This document shows positions 1-12,284 of a DNA stretch of 64,000 nt, in pieces. Each line of letters opens with the position of its first letter. The stretch's first letter is position 1. Position numbers and translations under genes: made by a program. The notes below the pieces were generated by a model. That model was not told the DNA's origin, ran no database searches, and was given only the letters and a program-made list of their open reading frames with translations. Origin of the DNA: an uncultured Elusimicrobia bacterium (GTDB lineage: Bacteria; Elusimicrobiota; Elusimicrobia; UBA1565; UBA9628); contig CAZGVK010000071.1 of assembly GCA_964529095.1 (NCBI GenBank), positions 3,607 to 67,606 of the forward strand, in the 5' to 3' direction.

Positions 1-1
1 G

Positions 2-697
2 CTTGACGGCGACGCCGACCGCTTCGGCCTCGTGGATGAGAATGGGGTCTACCTAACGCCTTGCCAGGTTTTCCCGATGTTGGCGCTTTATCTCATTGAG
101 ACAAAGAAGTGCAAGCTGAAGATCGTGCAGTCCGTCTCGCTCGGCTATCTAGCTGAGCGCATCGCCAAGGAGAAGGGCATCGCCTTCGAGCAGCTCCCGG
201 TCGGATTCAAGCATGTCGCCGAGCGCATCGCCGCGCGCACTGCCGATATCGCGGGCGAGGAATCCGGCGGCTACGCCTGGGCCAATAAAGGAGGCATTGC
301 CGAGCGCGACGGTCTGCTCACCGCGCTGATGTTCCTTGAAATGATGGCCGTGACCGGAAAGACGCCTTCTCAACTTTGGAAGGAAGTTGAGACCCGCTAC
401 GGCGCTTCGCACTACAAGCGCATCGACTACCGCGTCCATAAAGCCGTCGTCGATAAGGCAATTTGGACGCAAAAGCTCATCAAAAAGTTGCCGAAAAAGA
501 TACTCGGCACCGCGATCAAAGATCTCATCTCGATCGACGGACTCAAAATAATTCTCGAGGACGGCCACTGGCTCCTGATGCGGCCCTCGGGCACCGAGCC
601 CCTCATGCGCGTCTACGCTGAAAGCGATAAGCCCGAGCGCACGCAAGGCTTACTTGAGATGGCGAAGAAGTGGGTGGCGCCGAACCTGAACCAGTAG
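2..697 (+). CDS. Phosphoglucomutase/phosphomannomutase family protein, C-terminal part (gene starts upstream of window)
   Basis: Open frame from nt 2 with no upstream stop. The DGDADRFGLVDENG Mg-binding loop and the C-terminal MRPSGTEPLMRVYAE motif are typical of alpha-D-phosphohexomutases. Confidence 0.75.
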   Translation, partial: LDGDADRFGLVDENGVYLTPCQVFPMLALYLIETKKCKLKIVQSVSLGYLAERIAKEKGIAFEQLPVGFKHVAERIAARTADIAGEESGGYAWANKGGIAERDGLLTALMFLEMMAVTGKTPSQLWKEVETRYGASHYKRIDYRVHKAVVDKAIWTQKLIKKLPKKILGTAIKDLISIDGLKIILEDGHWLLMRPSGTEPLMRVYAESDKPERTQGLLEMAKKWVAPNLNQ

Positions 698-698
698 C

Positions 699-1742
699 AT
701 GTTCCCCAAAAAAGCGATGATTCTGGCCGCAGGTGTCGGCGCCCGTCTGCGTCCGCTCACCTACGAGACGCCAAAGCCGATGGTGCCGGTCGTCAACCGT
801 CCCGTGATTTTCCATGTCCTCGACAATCTGCGCAAGCACGGCATTTTAGATGTAATCATCAATCTGCACATGCACCCGAAGCAGGTGCGCGACTACTGCG
901 GCGACGGATCACGCTGGCGCCTCAATATCGCCTACTCAAAGGAATCCAAGCTGATGGGCACGGCGGGGGCCATTAAAAAGTGCTCGAACTTTTTTCAGGA
1001 CGGGCCCTTCTTTGTGATGTCGGGCGACGGCCTCTCCGACATTGATCTCACCGCGATGTGGAATTTCCACCGCCAACGAGGCTCGGTGGCCACCATGGCG
1101 ACCAAGCGCATCGACGCGCGTTTGGAGTACGGGGTCACGCTGACCGGCGCGCGCCAAAAAATTAAGGGCTTCCTTGAGAAGCCGTCTTGGGGCGACGTGT
1201 TCTCCAACAAGGTCAACACCGGCATCTACCTCTTTGAGCCCGAGGTTCTGCGCTTGATTCCCCAGGGGAATGTTTACGATTTCGGCCACGACTTGTGGCC
1301 CCAACTCCTCCAGCTAAAAAAGCCGATCTATGCTTACGAGACCGGCGCTTACTGGTGCGACGTCGGCAACCTCACCGAGTACCGCCGCTGCCAGGCCGAC
1401 TGCCTCAACGGAAAGGTCAAAATCAACATTCCCGGCGTCGAAATCCGCAGGGGCGTCTGGATACAGGAAGAAGCTCTCGTTGATCCGCAGGCGAAGCTGA
1501 TCGCCCCCGTTCTTATCGGCAAGGGCTGCCGCATCGCCTCGGGAGCGCGGGTCGGGCCTTTCACCGTGATCGGCGACCGGGCGCGGATTGGGCGCGGCGC
1601 GAGACTTCACACCTCTATCCTCTTCGACAACGTCACCGTCGGTTCGAACGTGAATCTGACCAATTGCATCATCGGCGCCGGCGGCCATGTGCGCGAAAAC
1701 ATTTCCGCCTACGAGGCGGCGATACTCAACATCCGCACCTAG
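699..1742 (+). CDS. Sugar-phosphate nucleotidyltransferase (mannose-1-P guanylyltransferase / glucose-1-P thymidylyltransferase-like) with C-terminal left-handed beta-helix
   Basis: N-terminal MILAAGVGARLRPLTYETPKPMVPV NTP-transferase motif. The C-terminus has hexapeptide repeats. It follows the phosphohexomutase gene by 1 nt, forming a sugar-nucleotide operon. Confidence 0.8.
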   Translation: MFPKKAMILAAGVGARLRPLTYETPKPMVPVVNRPVIFHVLDNLRKHGILDVIINLHMHPKQVRDYCGDGSRWRLNIAYSKESKLMGTAGAIKKCSNFFQDGPFFVMSGDGLSDIDLTAMWNFHRQRGSVATMATKRIDARLEYGVTLTGARQKIKGFLEKPSWGDVFSNKVNTGIYLFEPEVLRLIPQGNVYDFGHDLWPQLLQLKKPIYAYETGAYWCDVGNLTEYRRCQADCLNGKVKINIPGVEIRRGVWIQEEALVDPQAKLIAPVLIGKGCRIASGARVGPFTVIGDRARIGRGARLHTSILFDNVTVGSNVNLTNCIIGAGGHVRENISAYEAAILNIRT

Positions 1743-4033
1743 GAAAATAGGCCCACGGCCTCAAGCAAGGTCCAAAACTCGGCCGGCGTGGAGATGCGTT
1801 TATCGGGATCCGGCTCGAGCGCTCGGTCGATGAGGGCGTCGATCTGCAGGCTCAGGCCGCGCACGCGCGCCGATGGGCGCAGGTAGCGCTTGGCCATCTT
1901 CGACGGTGTCGTGCCGTCGTACGGGCGCACGCCGGTCAATATTTCATAGAGTACGGCCCCGAGCGCGAACACGTCGTTCTCGCGACGGATAATGCCGTAT
2001 TCCTGCTCGGGCGCCATGTAGTGCGGGGTGCCGACGACCGTCTTGGTCATCGTGGAATTTTCGCGCGAAGAGGCGTGCCGTGAGATGCCGAAATCGAGGA
2101 CTTTCACGCAGCCGTCTTTGGTAAGCATTATGTTTCCGGGCTTCAGATCGCGGTGGATGACGTTATGAGCGTGTGCGTAGGCGAGAGCCGAGCATACGGG
2201 GCCAAGCACGCGCTTGGCCTCGTCCAGCGGCAGTGGCCCCTTCTCGGCGACGACCTCATCAAGGGTGCGGCCTTCGAGGCGCTCGAACACGAGGTAAAGA
2301 CCGCGTTCGTCTTGTTCAATCGCATGGATGTTCACGATTGCGGGATGGTGGAGTTTGGCCACCATGGCGGCCTCCTCCCGCAGGGACTTTTTAGCCGCAT
2401 CATCGAGCAGGAATTCTTCGCGCAGCATCTTGATGGCGACTGGGCGCTTGAGGCGCTTGTCGCGGGCCTCGTAGACAATGCCCATGCCGCCATGCCCGAT
2501 CGCTTTTCCAAGTTCGTAGCGGAGTTCGATTCCCGAGGGGGCGAGGGCCTTCTTGTTGCCCTCATTGCGCAGGCGGTTGTTGATGTGCATGAGGCCGAAG
2601 CCAATCAGAAGGCCGCCGGATAAGGTAAAGATCAGCACGATGCTGAAGGATCTGGCGCGCGCCGTAACGCGCTCGACCAAGGGCTCATTGCTTTCGCGCG
2701 TCAACGGAGAGGGGCTCAGGCCGTGGCGCCGAGTTGAATCGCGGTAGTCGGGATCGAACTGAGGGTTGAGATTTGCCGCCGCTTTAAGGTCGATGGCCAT
2801 CGCCTCGTAGTCGCCGCGGCCTTCCTGCGCATGACCGCGGTTGGCGAAGGCGTAGGGGTTATTGGGGTTGATTTCAAGGGAGTGGTTGGCGTCGGCTATC
2901 GCTTCGGAAAAGCGGCCCATGCGGATGTACGCCCACGAGCGCGCGTCGCGCAGAAAGGCGGCAGACGGGGAGAGCGAAAGCCCGCGTGAGGCGTCACGCT
3001 CGGCATCACTATAGCGCCCAAGAAGATTTTTAGCGGTCGCGCGGTAAAAGAGAACGGTGCTGTTGTCGGGATCTAACTCAAGGGCTCTATCGGCATCGCT
3101 GAGAGCGCCGTAGTAGTCTTTGACGGCAAGTTTAGATCCTGCGGTTTCGACCAAGCGGCGCACCGTGGTCTTTGTTGGATGCGCCGGAGGTGCCTGCCGG
3201 AGAGTCTCAACTTGATTGAGTTGCTGGACCATGCCGTGGTACTCGCGCTCAAGAGACTGCGCCAAGCCCGTATTCCCAAATTCAGGGGAGGCGACGGCGC
3301 GTCCTTCGGATAATTTCATCAACGCGTAAGCGCTTTTGTCGTTTGGATCAACGGCGAGCGCGCGGCGGGCATCCTCTATGGCTTGAAGATAATTTCCGAG
3401 GCCGTAGGATGCCATCGCGCGCGCGGTCCAGGCGCCGCCCGCCTCCGGAGAGCGACGCAACACCGCATCAGCGTCGGAGTAGCCGCGCGCAAAATTTCCA
3501 AGGGCGGAGTTCGCTTGCGAGCGGTTGATGAGGGCGTCTTTGTCGGCGGGGTCGTGGCGAAGCGCTCTGTCGGCGAGTTCGCGGCCTTCCTGCCAACGCT
3601 CGGCCAGGTTGTTGAGGCCGGCGGCCGCCGCAGCAGCCTTCACGACTATTTCCCGGGGCGCATCCGAAGAGACATTTAGGACCGCATGGTTGATTTCGCC
3701 TAAATGATTGTCGATCCATATCTGCTGTTCGGAGGATTTGACCTCGTCAGCGCCTCGAATCAAATCATCGACAATCAACAGGAACTCGGTCTTGATCTTG
3801 CTATTGGGCTGGCTCATCAAGCTCATCTTTAAATCACGAAGCAGGCCCCGTGAGTGTGCGGCGGCGCGGTCACGGGTCAACGGGCCAATGCCGACGTCAT
3901 TGGAAACCATGCGCCAAATGAGCGGCGCTGGGGAGGGTGTGGCGACGGGAGCGTTAGAGGTGTCGTCTGCGGCGCGCACGGACGTCAAGGCCAATAGAAT
4001 AACGAATGCCGACGGCGCAGAGAGGCGTTGCAT
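1739..4033 (-). CDS. TPR-repeat Ser/Thr protein kinase with signal peptide, TPR region, TM segment and C-terminal Hanks-type kinase domain
   Basis: HRDLKPGNIML and DFGISR kinase motifs, GxGxxG with VAIK. About 370 aa of TPR-like repeats lie N-terminal of the TM helix SFSIVLIFTLSGGLLIGFGLM. The likely true start is the internal Met MQRLSAPSAFVILLALTSVRA at 4033, which begins a signal peptide. The ORF track start at 4120 would overlap the upstream gene. Confidence 0.8.
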   Translation of the reverse strand: MQRLSAPSAFVILLALTSVRAADDTSNAPVATPSPAPLIWRMVSNDVGIGPLTRDRAAAHSRGLLRDLKMSLMSQPNSKIKTEFLLIVDDLIRGADEVKSSEQQIWIDNHLGEINHAVLNVSSDAPREIVVKAAAAAAGLNNLAERWQEGRELADRALRHDPADKDALINRSQANSALGNFARGYSDADAVLRRSPEAGGAWTARAMASYGLGNYLQAIEDARRALAVDPNDKSAYALMKLSEGRAVASPEFGNTGLAQSLEREYHGMVQQLNQVETLRQAPPAHPTKTTVRRLVETAGSKLAVKDYYGALSDADRALELDPDNSTVLFYRATAKNLLGRYSDAERDASRGLSLSPSAAFLRDARSWAYIRMGRFSEAIADANHSLEINPNNPYAFANRGHAQEGRGDYEAMAIDLKAAANLNPQFDPDYRDSTRRHGLSPSPLTRESNEPLVERVTARARSFSIVLIFTLSGGLLIGFGLMHINNRLRNEGNKKALAPSGIELRYELGKAIGHGGMGIVYEARDKRLKRPVAIKMLREEFLLDDAAKKSLREEAAMVAKLHHPAIVNIHAIEQDERGLYLVFERLEGRTLDEVVAEKGPLPLDEAKRVLGPVCSALAYAHAHNVIHRDLKPGNIMLTKDGCVKVLDFGISRHASSRENSTMTKTVVGTPHYMAPEQEYGIIRRENDVFALGAVLYEILTGVRPYDGTTPSKMAKRYLRPSARVRGLSLQIDALIDRALEPDPDKRISTPAEFWTLLEAVGLFS

Positions 4034-4052
4034 AGAAGAATGAGTGGCCCCG

Positions 4053-5285
4053 TTAGGGTTCCGCGCGCGGCGCGGAATTGAGCTCGTGACGCAGGCCTGA
4101 GATCGCTTCATACACCGCAAGCCGGGCGGCGTTGACGGGCCCCAAGGGCTCGTGCTCCGGCACGCTGTGCCAGGGTGTATAGGAAAGATTTTCGCAGGAT
4201 GTCATCTGCTCCGGGGAACTGAAGCTTTGCGGTTTAATGAGAATCTTGGCGACCGGAATGAATGGCGAGGCCTTCTCTTCCCACAGGACGGTGGCGTCAT
4301 CGATGGGCATGCCTGGTACCTGCAGCTGGACCATAAAGTCGAAGCAAGCAGGCTCTGCACTCAGCGCCGTCGTCATATTCTCGCGGAGAAAGTTGTCCGA
4401 GTCGGTGGGATAGCCCTTATCGCGCTGCGCGCAGGGTTTGGCCGAGTACTTCATGTTTTGTTCCCGGCCGAGCCGGTAGGGAACCATGCTGTAATACTGC
4501 ATATCCAGTACGTCCGAAGGGCTCTTGAAGGCGATTGATAGCATGATCCAGAACGCCTTCAGCCGCCAGTTCCACGGCCATCCATTCAAAACGAACCCCA
4601 CGGGCGAGGACATCAGGTCGAGATAGTCGGCCGTGTTTTTGATGAAGAACACGGGGTGATTGATCATAAGGAAGTCTTGGGTTCCGTGTTCGGAGGGATG
4701 CAGTTTGGGCCCGGAGACTCCAAGGAGCTTAACGGCCATGCCCCGCCCATCGCCCTTGCCGTCGGGACGGACCGAGCCGCTCCCATTGGAGAAACGGATT
4801 AAGGCGGGGTAGCGGGCTCCCGGCTGAAAGACCCCGCGGCGCACATTTTGGGGAAGATGATCTTCATCGAGCACAGTGAAATGAGCCTGGACGCAGCCAT
4901 GGTGTTTGGCGTGCGCGTCGCGGCGGGCGACGCCGTCGGAGGCGTGCTGAGCCCTCACCTGCTTCTGAATCAGTCCGACGAGGGTGCTGATGACCTCCTG
5001 CTCAGGGCTTTGCGCATCGCCGGCCATGCCCGAACCCAGCGGGCGCACGGACAGTGTGGGCCGCGCGAGGGGGACGACGGGCTCGGTTTGGGTCGGCTTC
5101 CTGGAGACGGGATCGATCGCGCCGGAGCGCGCGTTCTCTCCATCAATCGCATGTCCCGCCGACTCGCCTTCAAGGTGGGAGAGGGACCGCAGCTCTTTTT
5201 TTGAGTCCAAGTCGGCACGGGAACTCGTGGCCAACAAGATGGAGGCGAGAAACACAAGGAGGAATAGGCGCGGAGTGATGGGCAT
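4053..5285 (-). CDS. Secreted catalase-related haem protein (catalase-like domain, small-subunit type)
   Basis: N-terminal signal peptide. RDAHAKHHGCVQAHFTV resembles the catalase distal-His motif, RFSNGSG...RGMAVK resembles the catalase RFST..G..D.RGFA.K block, and ARLAVYEAISGLRH resembles the proximal-Tyr region. Confidence 0.55.
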   Translation of the reverse strand: MPITPRLFLLVFLASILLATSSRADLDSKKELRSLSHLEGESAGHAIDGENARSGAIDPVSRKPTQTEPVVPLARPTLSVRPLGSGMAGDAQSPEQEVISTLVGLIQKQVRAQHASDGVARRDAHAKHHGCVQAHFTVLDEDHLPQNVRRGVFQPGARYPALIRFSNGSGSVRPDGKGDGRGMAVKLLGVSGPKLHPSEHGTQDFLMINHPVFFIKNTADYLDLMSSPVGFVLNGWPWNWRLKAFWIMLSIAFKSPSDVLDMQYYSMVPYRLGREQNMKYSAKPCAQRDKGYPTDSDNFLRENMTTALSAEPACFDFMVQLQVPGMPIDDATVLWEEKASPFIPVAKILIKPQSFSSPEQMTSCENLSYTPWHSVPEHEPLGPVNAARLAVYEAISGLRHELNSAPRAEP

Positions 5286-5517
5286 GATGAACAGTATAAC
5301 ACACGTCGAATCGATGCTGCGTTGCGGAGCTTCGCCGGGCCATTATGCCTAGAGACCTCTGAGCAAACAGTCGGCATGAAGCAGTCCTCGACGGGGAAGG
5401 TTTTCAAAAATATAGAAAAAACCGGCGGTTTGCTCGGAGGTATGGCCTGATATTTTAGGGAGCCCGCATCCCTTCTGGTTTGCTAAAATAAGCGGTGCTT
5501 GGATTTACGCAGGGACC

Positions 5518-5943
5518 ATGAGTCGTTTGTTTTTTATTGACGGCACAAATTTAGTCCGCACCGCCTACGGCTACGGCGGTCCCGCTCACGCGGCTCAAGA
5601 AGCTGCGGATACCGACCGGCTCGCGGTGATTTTTTGCCGCTTATGCGAGAACATCGGCCCTGAAATTGAAGTCGAGCTTTTTTTCGACGGGGCGTTTCGG
5701 ACGATTGGAGGTTTGCGGCCGGACAACTTCCGCGTAAGCTTTACACGCGAGCTTCCGGCTGACGACATAATTCTCGACCGGGTGCGCGCCCGGAAATGGG
5801 CACGGGGCGGCCCGACGACCGTCGTGACGGCGGATGTCGACTTAGGAGAGCTCACTGCGGCTGAAGGCGTCAAGTGGATGCGCTTTGGCCGCGGTTCGAC
5901 GCCGGAAAGTGTTGCGCGTAAAATAGGAGGGCGGCTTTTCTAA
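5518..5943 (+). CDS. NYN-domain (YacP-like) predicted RNA-binding/ribonuclease protein
   Basis: The pattern FIDGTNLVR...LFFDGAF...VSFTRELPADDIIL...VVTADVDLG matches the DGYN / vvFD / FT..AD / TSD motifs of YacP-like NYN domains. Confidence 0.5.
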   Translation: MSRLFFIDGTNLVRTAYGYGGPAHAAQEAADTDRLAVIFCRLCENIGPEIEVELFFDGAFRTIGGLRPDNFRVSFTRELPADDIILDRVRARKWARGGPTTVVTADVDLGELTAAEGVKWMRFGRGSTPESVARKIGGRLF

Positions 5944-7094
5944 TGAACGTCAAGAATTCCGTGATTATCGTCGGCGGCGGTATTATGGGCGCGCAGACGG
6001 CCTATCATCTAGCGCTCCTTGGCCACGCGGTCACCCTCCTCGAACAGCACGACGTCCCTAATCAGTGGGCGGCCTCGGGCGATCATCTGCGTGTGTTTCG
6101 CCTCACCTACGGGAAGGACTCGTTCTACACGGAAATGGCGCTAAAGTCGTTGCCGATGTGGCTTGAGATCAACGCGCTCGCCGAGGAAACCATTTTACTT
6201 CAGAACGGCATGATCGAGTTTGCGGCAAAAGCCGCCGGCTATGAAGCGCAGAGCATGGCCGCGCTCAAAGAGCGCAATATACGCTTTGAGCGCCTGTTGC
6301 CCCCGGATGTCAAAAAGCGCTATCCAATGTACCGTTCCGGCGCGTTTAAATGGGCGTTGCTTCACCCCGACGGCGGCATGATCTGGGCCAACCGCGCGGT
6401 CGCGGCGACCGCATCCATTGCCCAGCGCGCGGGAGTTAAGATACGCAACGGCGTCAAGATCGTTTCGATTGGCAGGGATAAAACTGGAATCAAGTCGGTC
6501 AAAGACTCGACCGGCAAGGCGTGGGCGGCCGATAAATTCCTCTTCACCGCCGGCTACTGGTCCAATGAGTTGCTTGCGCCCTGGGGCGTGCCGATCAAGA
6601 TTACAAAACAAGAACAATTGTTCTTAAGCCCGCGAGAGGGCCGTGGCCGCTACCGCCCCGAGCACTTCCCCGTATTCGCGAGCATGTCCGCTGGCTTCTA
6701 TGGATTTCCGGTGCATATTCAGGGCTATATCAAAATCAGCGACCACCGCAAGGGGCCCCTCGTGAAGGCCGCCAAGGCCGAGGAACTGCGCACCCTTTCG
6801 CCTCAATTTGAAAAATCATGCCGGCGGTTCCTAAAGCAGTTCCTTCCGGAGCTGGCCAACTTTGTTGATTTTGAAGGGCATGTGTGCTGGTACGACAACA
6901 CGCCCGATGATGACTTCATCCTGGACCGCCTCCCCGAAGCGCCGAACGGCTTTGTCGCGGCCGGCTTTTCCGGCCATGGTTTTAAATTTGCGCCGCTCAT
7001 CGGAAAGTCGATGGCTGAATTAATCGTCGGCGGCAAGTCCGAGTTGAACCTGCACCGTTTCCGGCTCGGGCGCTTCCGGTTGAAAAAAGGCTGA
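5943..7094 (+). CDS. FAD-dependent oxidoreductase (DAO family; sarcosine/N-methyl-amino-acid oxidase-like)
   Basis: N-terminal VIIVGGGIMGAQTAYHLALLGHAVTLLE dinucleotide-binding fold. Length and C-terminal GHGFKFAPLIGK are typical of the SolA/DadA family. Confidence 0.7.
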   Translation: MNVKNSVIIVGGGIMGAQTAYHLALLGHAVTLLEQHDVPNQWAASGDHLRVFRLTYGKDSFYTEMALKSLPMWLEINALAEETILLQNGMIEFAAKAAGYEAQSMAALKERNIRFERLLPPDVKKRYPMYRSGAFKWALLHPDGGMIWANRAVAATASIAQRAGVKIRNGVKIVSIGRDKTGIKSVKDSTGKAWAADKFLFTAGYWSNELLAPWGVPIKITKQEQLFLSPREGRGRYRPEHFPVFASMSAGFYGFPVHIQGYIKISDHRKGPLVKAAKAEELRTLSPQFEKSCRRFLKQFLPELANFVDFEGHVCWYDNTPDDDFILDRLPEAPNGFVAAGFSGHGFKFAPLIGKSMAELIVGGKSELNLHRFRLGRFRLKKG

Positions 7095-7168
7095 GAGCCG
7101 CGGGAGTTGAAACGGCCCCTAAAACCGCGCGGCTGCGTGCGCGACCCTAATGAAGTGCAACTAAATAA

Positions 7169-10711
<3,543 letters not shown>

Positions 10712-11446
10712 TTACGAATTAGGCCAACGCGTCACGATCTCCTGGGCCTCCCTGCGGACTGCGTCATCTTTTTCCTCCAGGGTCGCCATCTTCTGGATTT
10801 TATTTTTCTGATCGGGGTAAAGATCCTTATAGACTTGGCTCAGGCTTTGAAGAGCGGCAATCTTTACCGCGGAGCGGGGATCGTCGAGAATATCCGCCAG
10901 TTGAGCGCGGGCCCTGGTGTTGTAATTAATAGACCTCACCGTTTGACCCAAAGCATGCGCCGCGGCGCTGGCCAGGCTGGTCTCCTTGTTCCCGCTCCAT
11001 TCAATGAGCCGGTCAAAATCCCAACTTTCCATAGTGACGCCCTCTCTTGCCGTCTCCTCGATGCAGGCCCGTCGAATAGGAAGTTCGACTTCGTACTGCT
11101 TGTTTAGACAGTCGCTGATGAAGGGCCGGACCTTGTCTTTGTAAACTCCGTTCCCTGCATACTCGCCCAACCTCCGGATCGCTCGAACGCGGTTTTCCAA
11201 CGCCGGATCCGTGTTGACGATGCCCATCAGAGATTCTATTATTCCTTCGGTCCCGTCGCTGGATAGGCTGGGCAAGGGCAGGGCGACTCTCACTACGGCG
11301 GACTCGGCGCATACGCAACGAGAGAGCTCCCCCAGAGCAACGCCCAGCTCCGCCCGCGCGTCTAGGGCTTGCGCCGCGATGATGGCCAAGGAAATGTTCA
11401 TGGCGCTTAAAATTCTTGCCGACGAATGTCGATTTAATATGTTCAT
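10712..11446 (-). CDS. Hypothetical protein with HEAT/PBS-lyase-like repeats
   Basis: Repeated helical motifs (RVRAIRRLGE, AAAHALGQ, AVKIAALQSLSQ). No catalytic motif was recognised. Confidence 0.35.
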   Translation of the reverse strand: MNILNRHSSARILSAMNISLAIIAAQALDARAELGVALGELSRCVCAESAVVRVALPLPSLSSDGTEGIIESLMGIVNTDPALENRVRAIRRLGEYAGNGVYKDKVRPFISDCLNKQYEVELPIRRACIEETAREGVTMESWDFDRLIEWSGNKETSLASAAAHALGQTVRSINYNTRARAQLADILDDPRSAVKIAALQSLSQVYKDLYPDQKNKIQKMATLEEKDDAVRREAQEIVTRWPNS

Positions 11447-11497
11447 GTCACCAGGATAACCGCAAGCGCTTAAAAAAGCATGGGTCTTTAGGGGAAG

Positions 11498-12172
11498 CTA
11501 TGGGGAGATAATAGGCCTACCCGCCGGAACCGCTTGCCGCGAAAGGGGTGGGTCCTTCGGCCCAGGCCGGCGCGTCGCGGGGCTGCTCGAAGCCGTTGAC
11601 GCCCATGCCCGCACCGCGCCCCTGCCGCCTGTTTTTGAATCGGCGATGATCCAGCGGGCCGCGGAGAGCAGGTCGCGGCGAATGATCGCGGGCTGAGCTT
11701 GATATTCTCCATCGCGCCCGCCTCGACCTGTGCGGACGAGAATTCCGCGACAACCGGCCCGAAGCGCGCATTCGATGTCCGAGGTTTTGTCGCCTATCAG
11801 ATAAGACCTTTTAATATCCAGAGCGAATTTTTTCTTCGCGGCCAGCAACATCCCCGTCCCGGGTTTACGCCACGAATGTCCGCTGTCAGGGCCGTGCGGC
11901 GAGAAGTATAGCGCGTCCCAGCGCGCGCCCGCCCACTTAAGACGGCGGTGGAGCTCAGCGTGGATTAAGCGCACCGTCTTCCGCGAGAAGTAGCCGCGCG
12001 CAATCCCCGATTGATTTGTGACGATAATGATCTTGAAGCCGGCTTCACGCAGCAACCTGAGCGCCCGGGGCGTTCCCCTGTAGATCGCAAGGCCCGCGAT
12101 TGAGTCTAGATAATCCGCATCACGGATCAAGACGCCATCGCGATCAATAAAGACCGCCCTTAATCCTGCCAC
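11498..12172 (-). CDS. gmhB: HAD-family phosphatase, D,D-heptose 1,7-bisphosphate phosphatase-like (GmhB/HisB-N family)
   Basis: FIDRDGVLI (DxDGxL motif I), IIVTNQSG motif II, GDKTSD motif III. The Arg/Pro-rich C-terminal tail is unusual. Confidence 0.65.
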   Translation of the reverse strand: MAGLRAVFIDRDGVLIRDADYLDSIAGLAIYRGTPRALRLLREAGFKIIIVTNQSGIARGYFSRKTVRLIHAELHRRLKWAGARWDALYFSPHGPDSGHSWRKPGTGMLLAAKKKFALDIKRSYLIGDKTSDIECALRAGCRGILVRTGRGGRDGEYQAQPAIIRRDLLSAARWIIADSKTGGRGAVRAWASTASSSPATRRPGPKDPPLSRQAVPAGRPIISP

Positions 12173-12284
12173 GGCGAGATTCTAGCTTTATAGACTCAGA
12201 GCGCGAGAAAAAATCAATTTTGTGATTTCATGACAAACCTGATTCTGCCGCGTCGTCATCGTCGTTCTTATATCGCCCGCGCAT

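Noticed and set aside
7095-7168. Possible riboswitch or terminator upstream of metH
   Set aside because: Only 74 nt. It contains a short GC hairpin but no T-tract and no recognisable SAM or B12 riboswitch core (too short for either).
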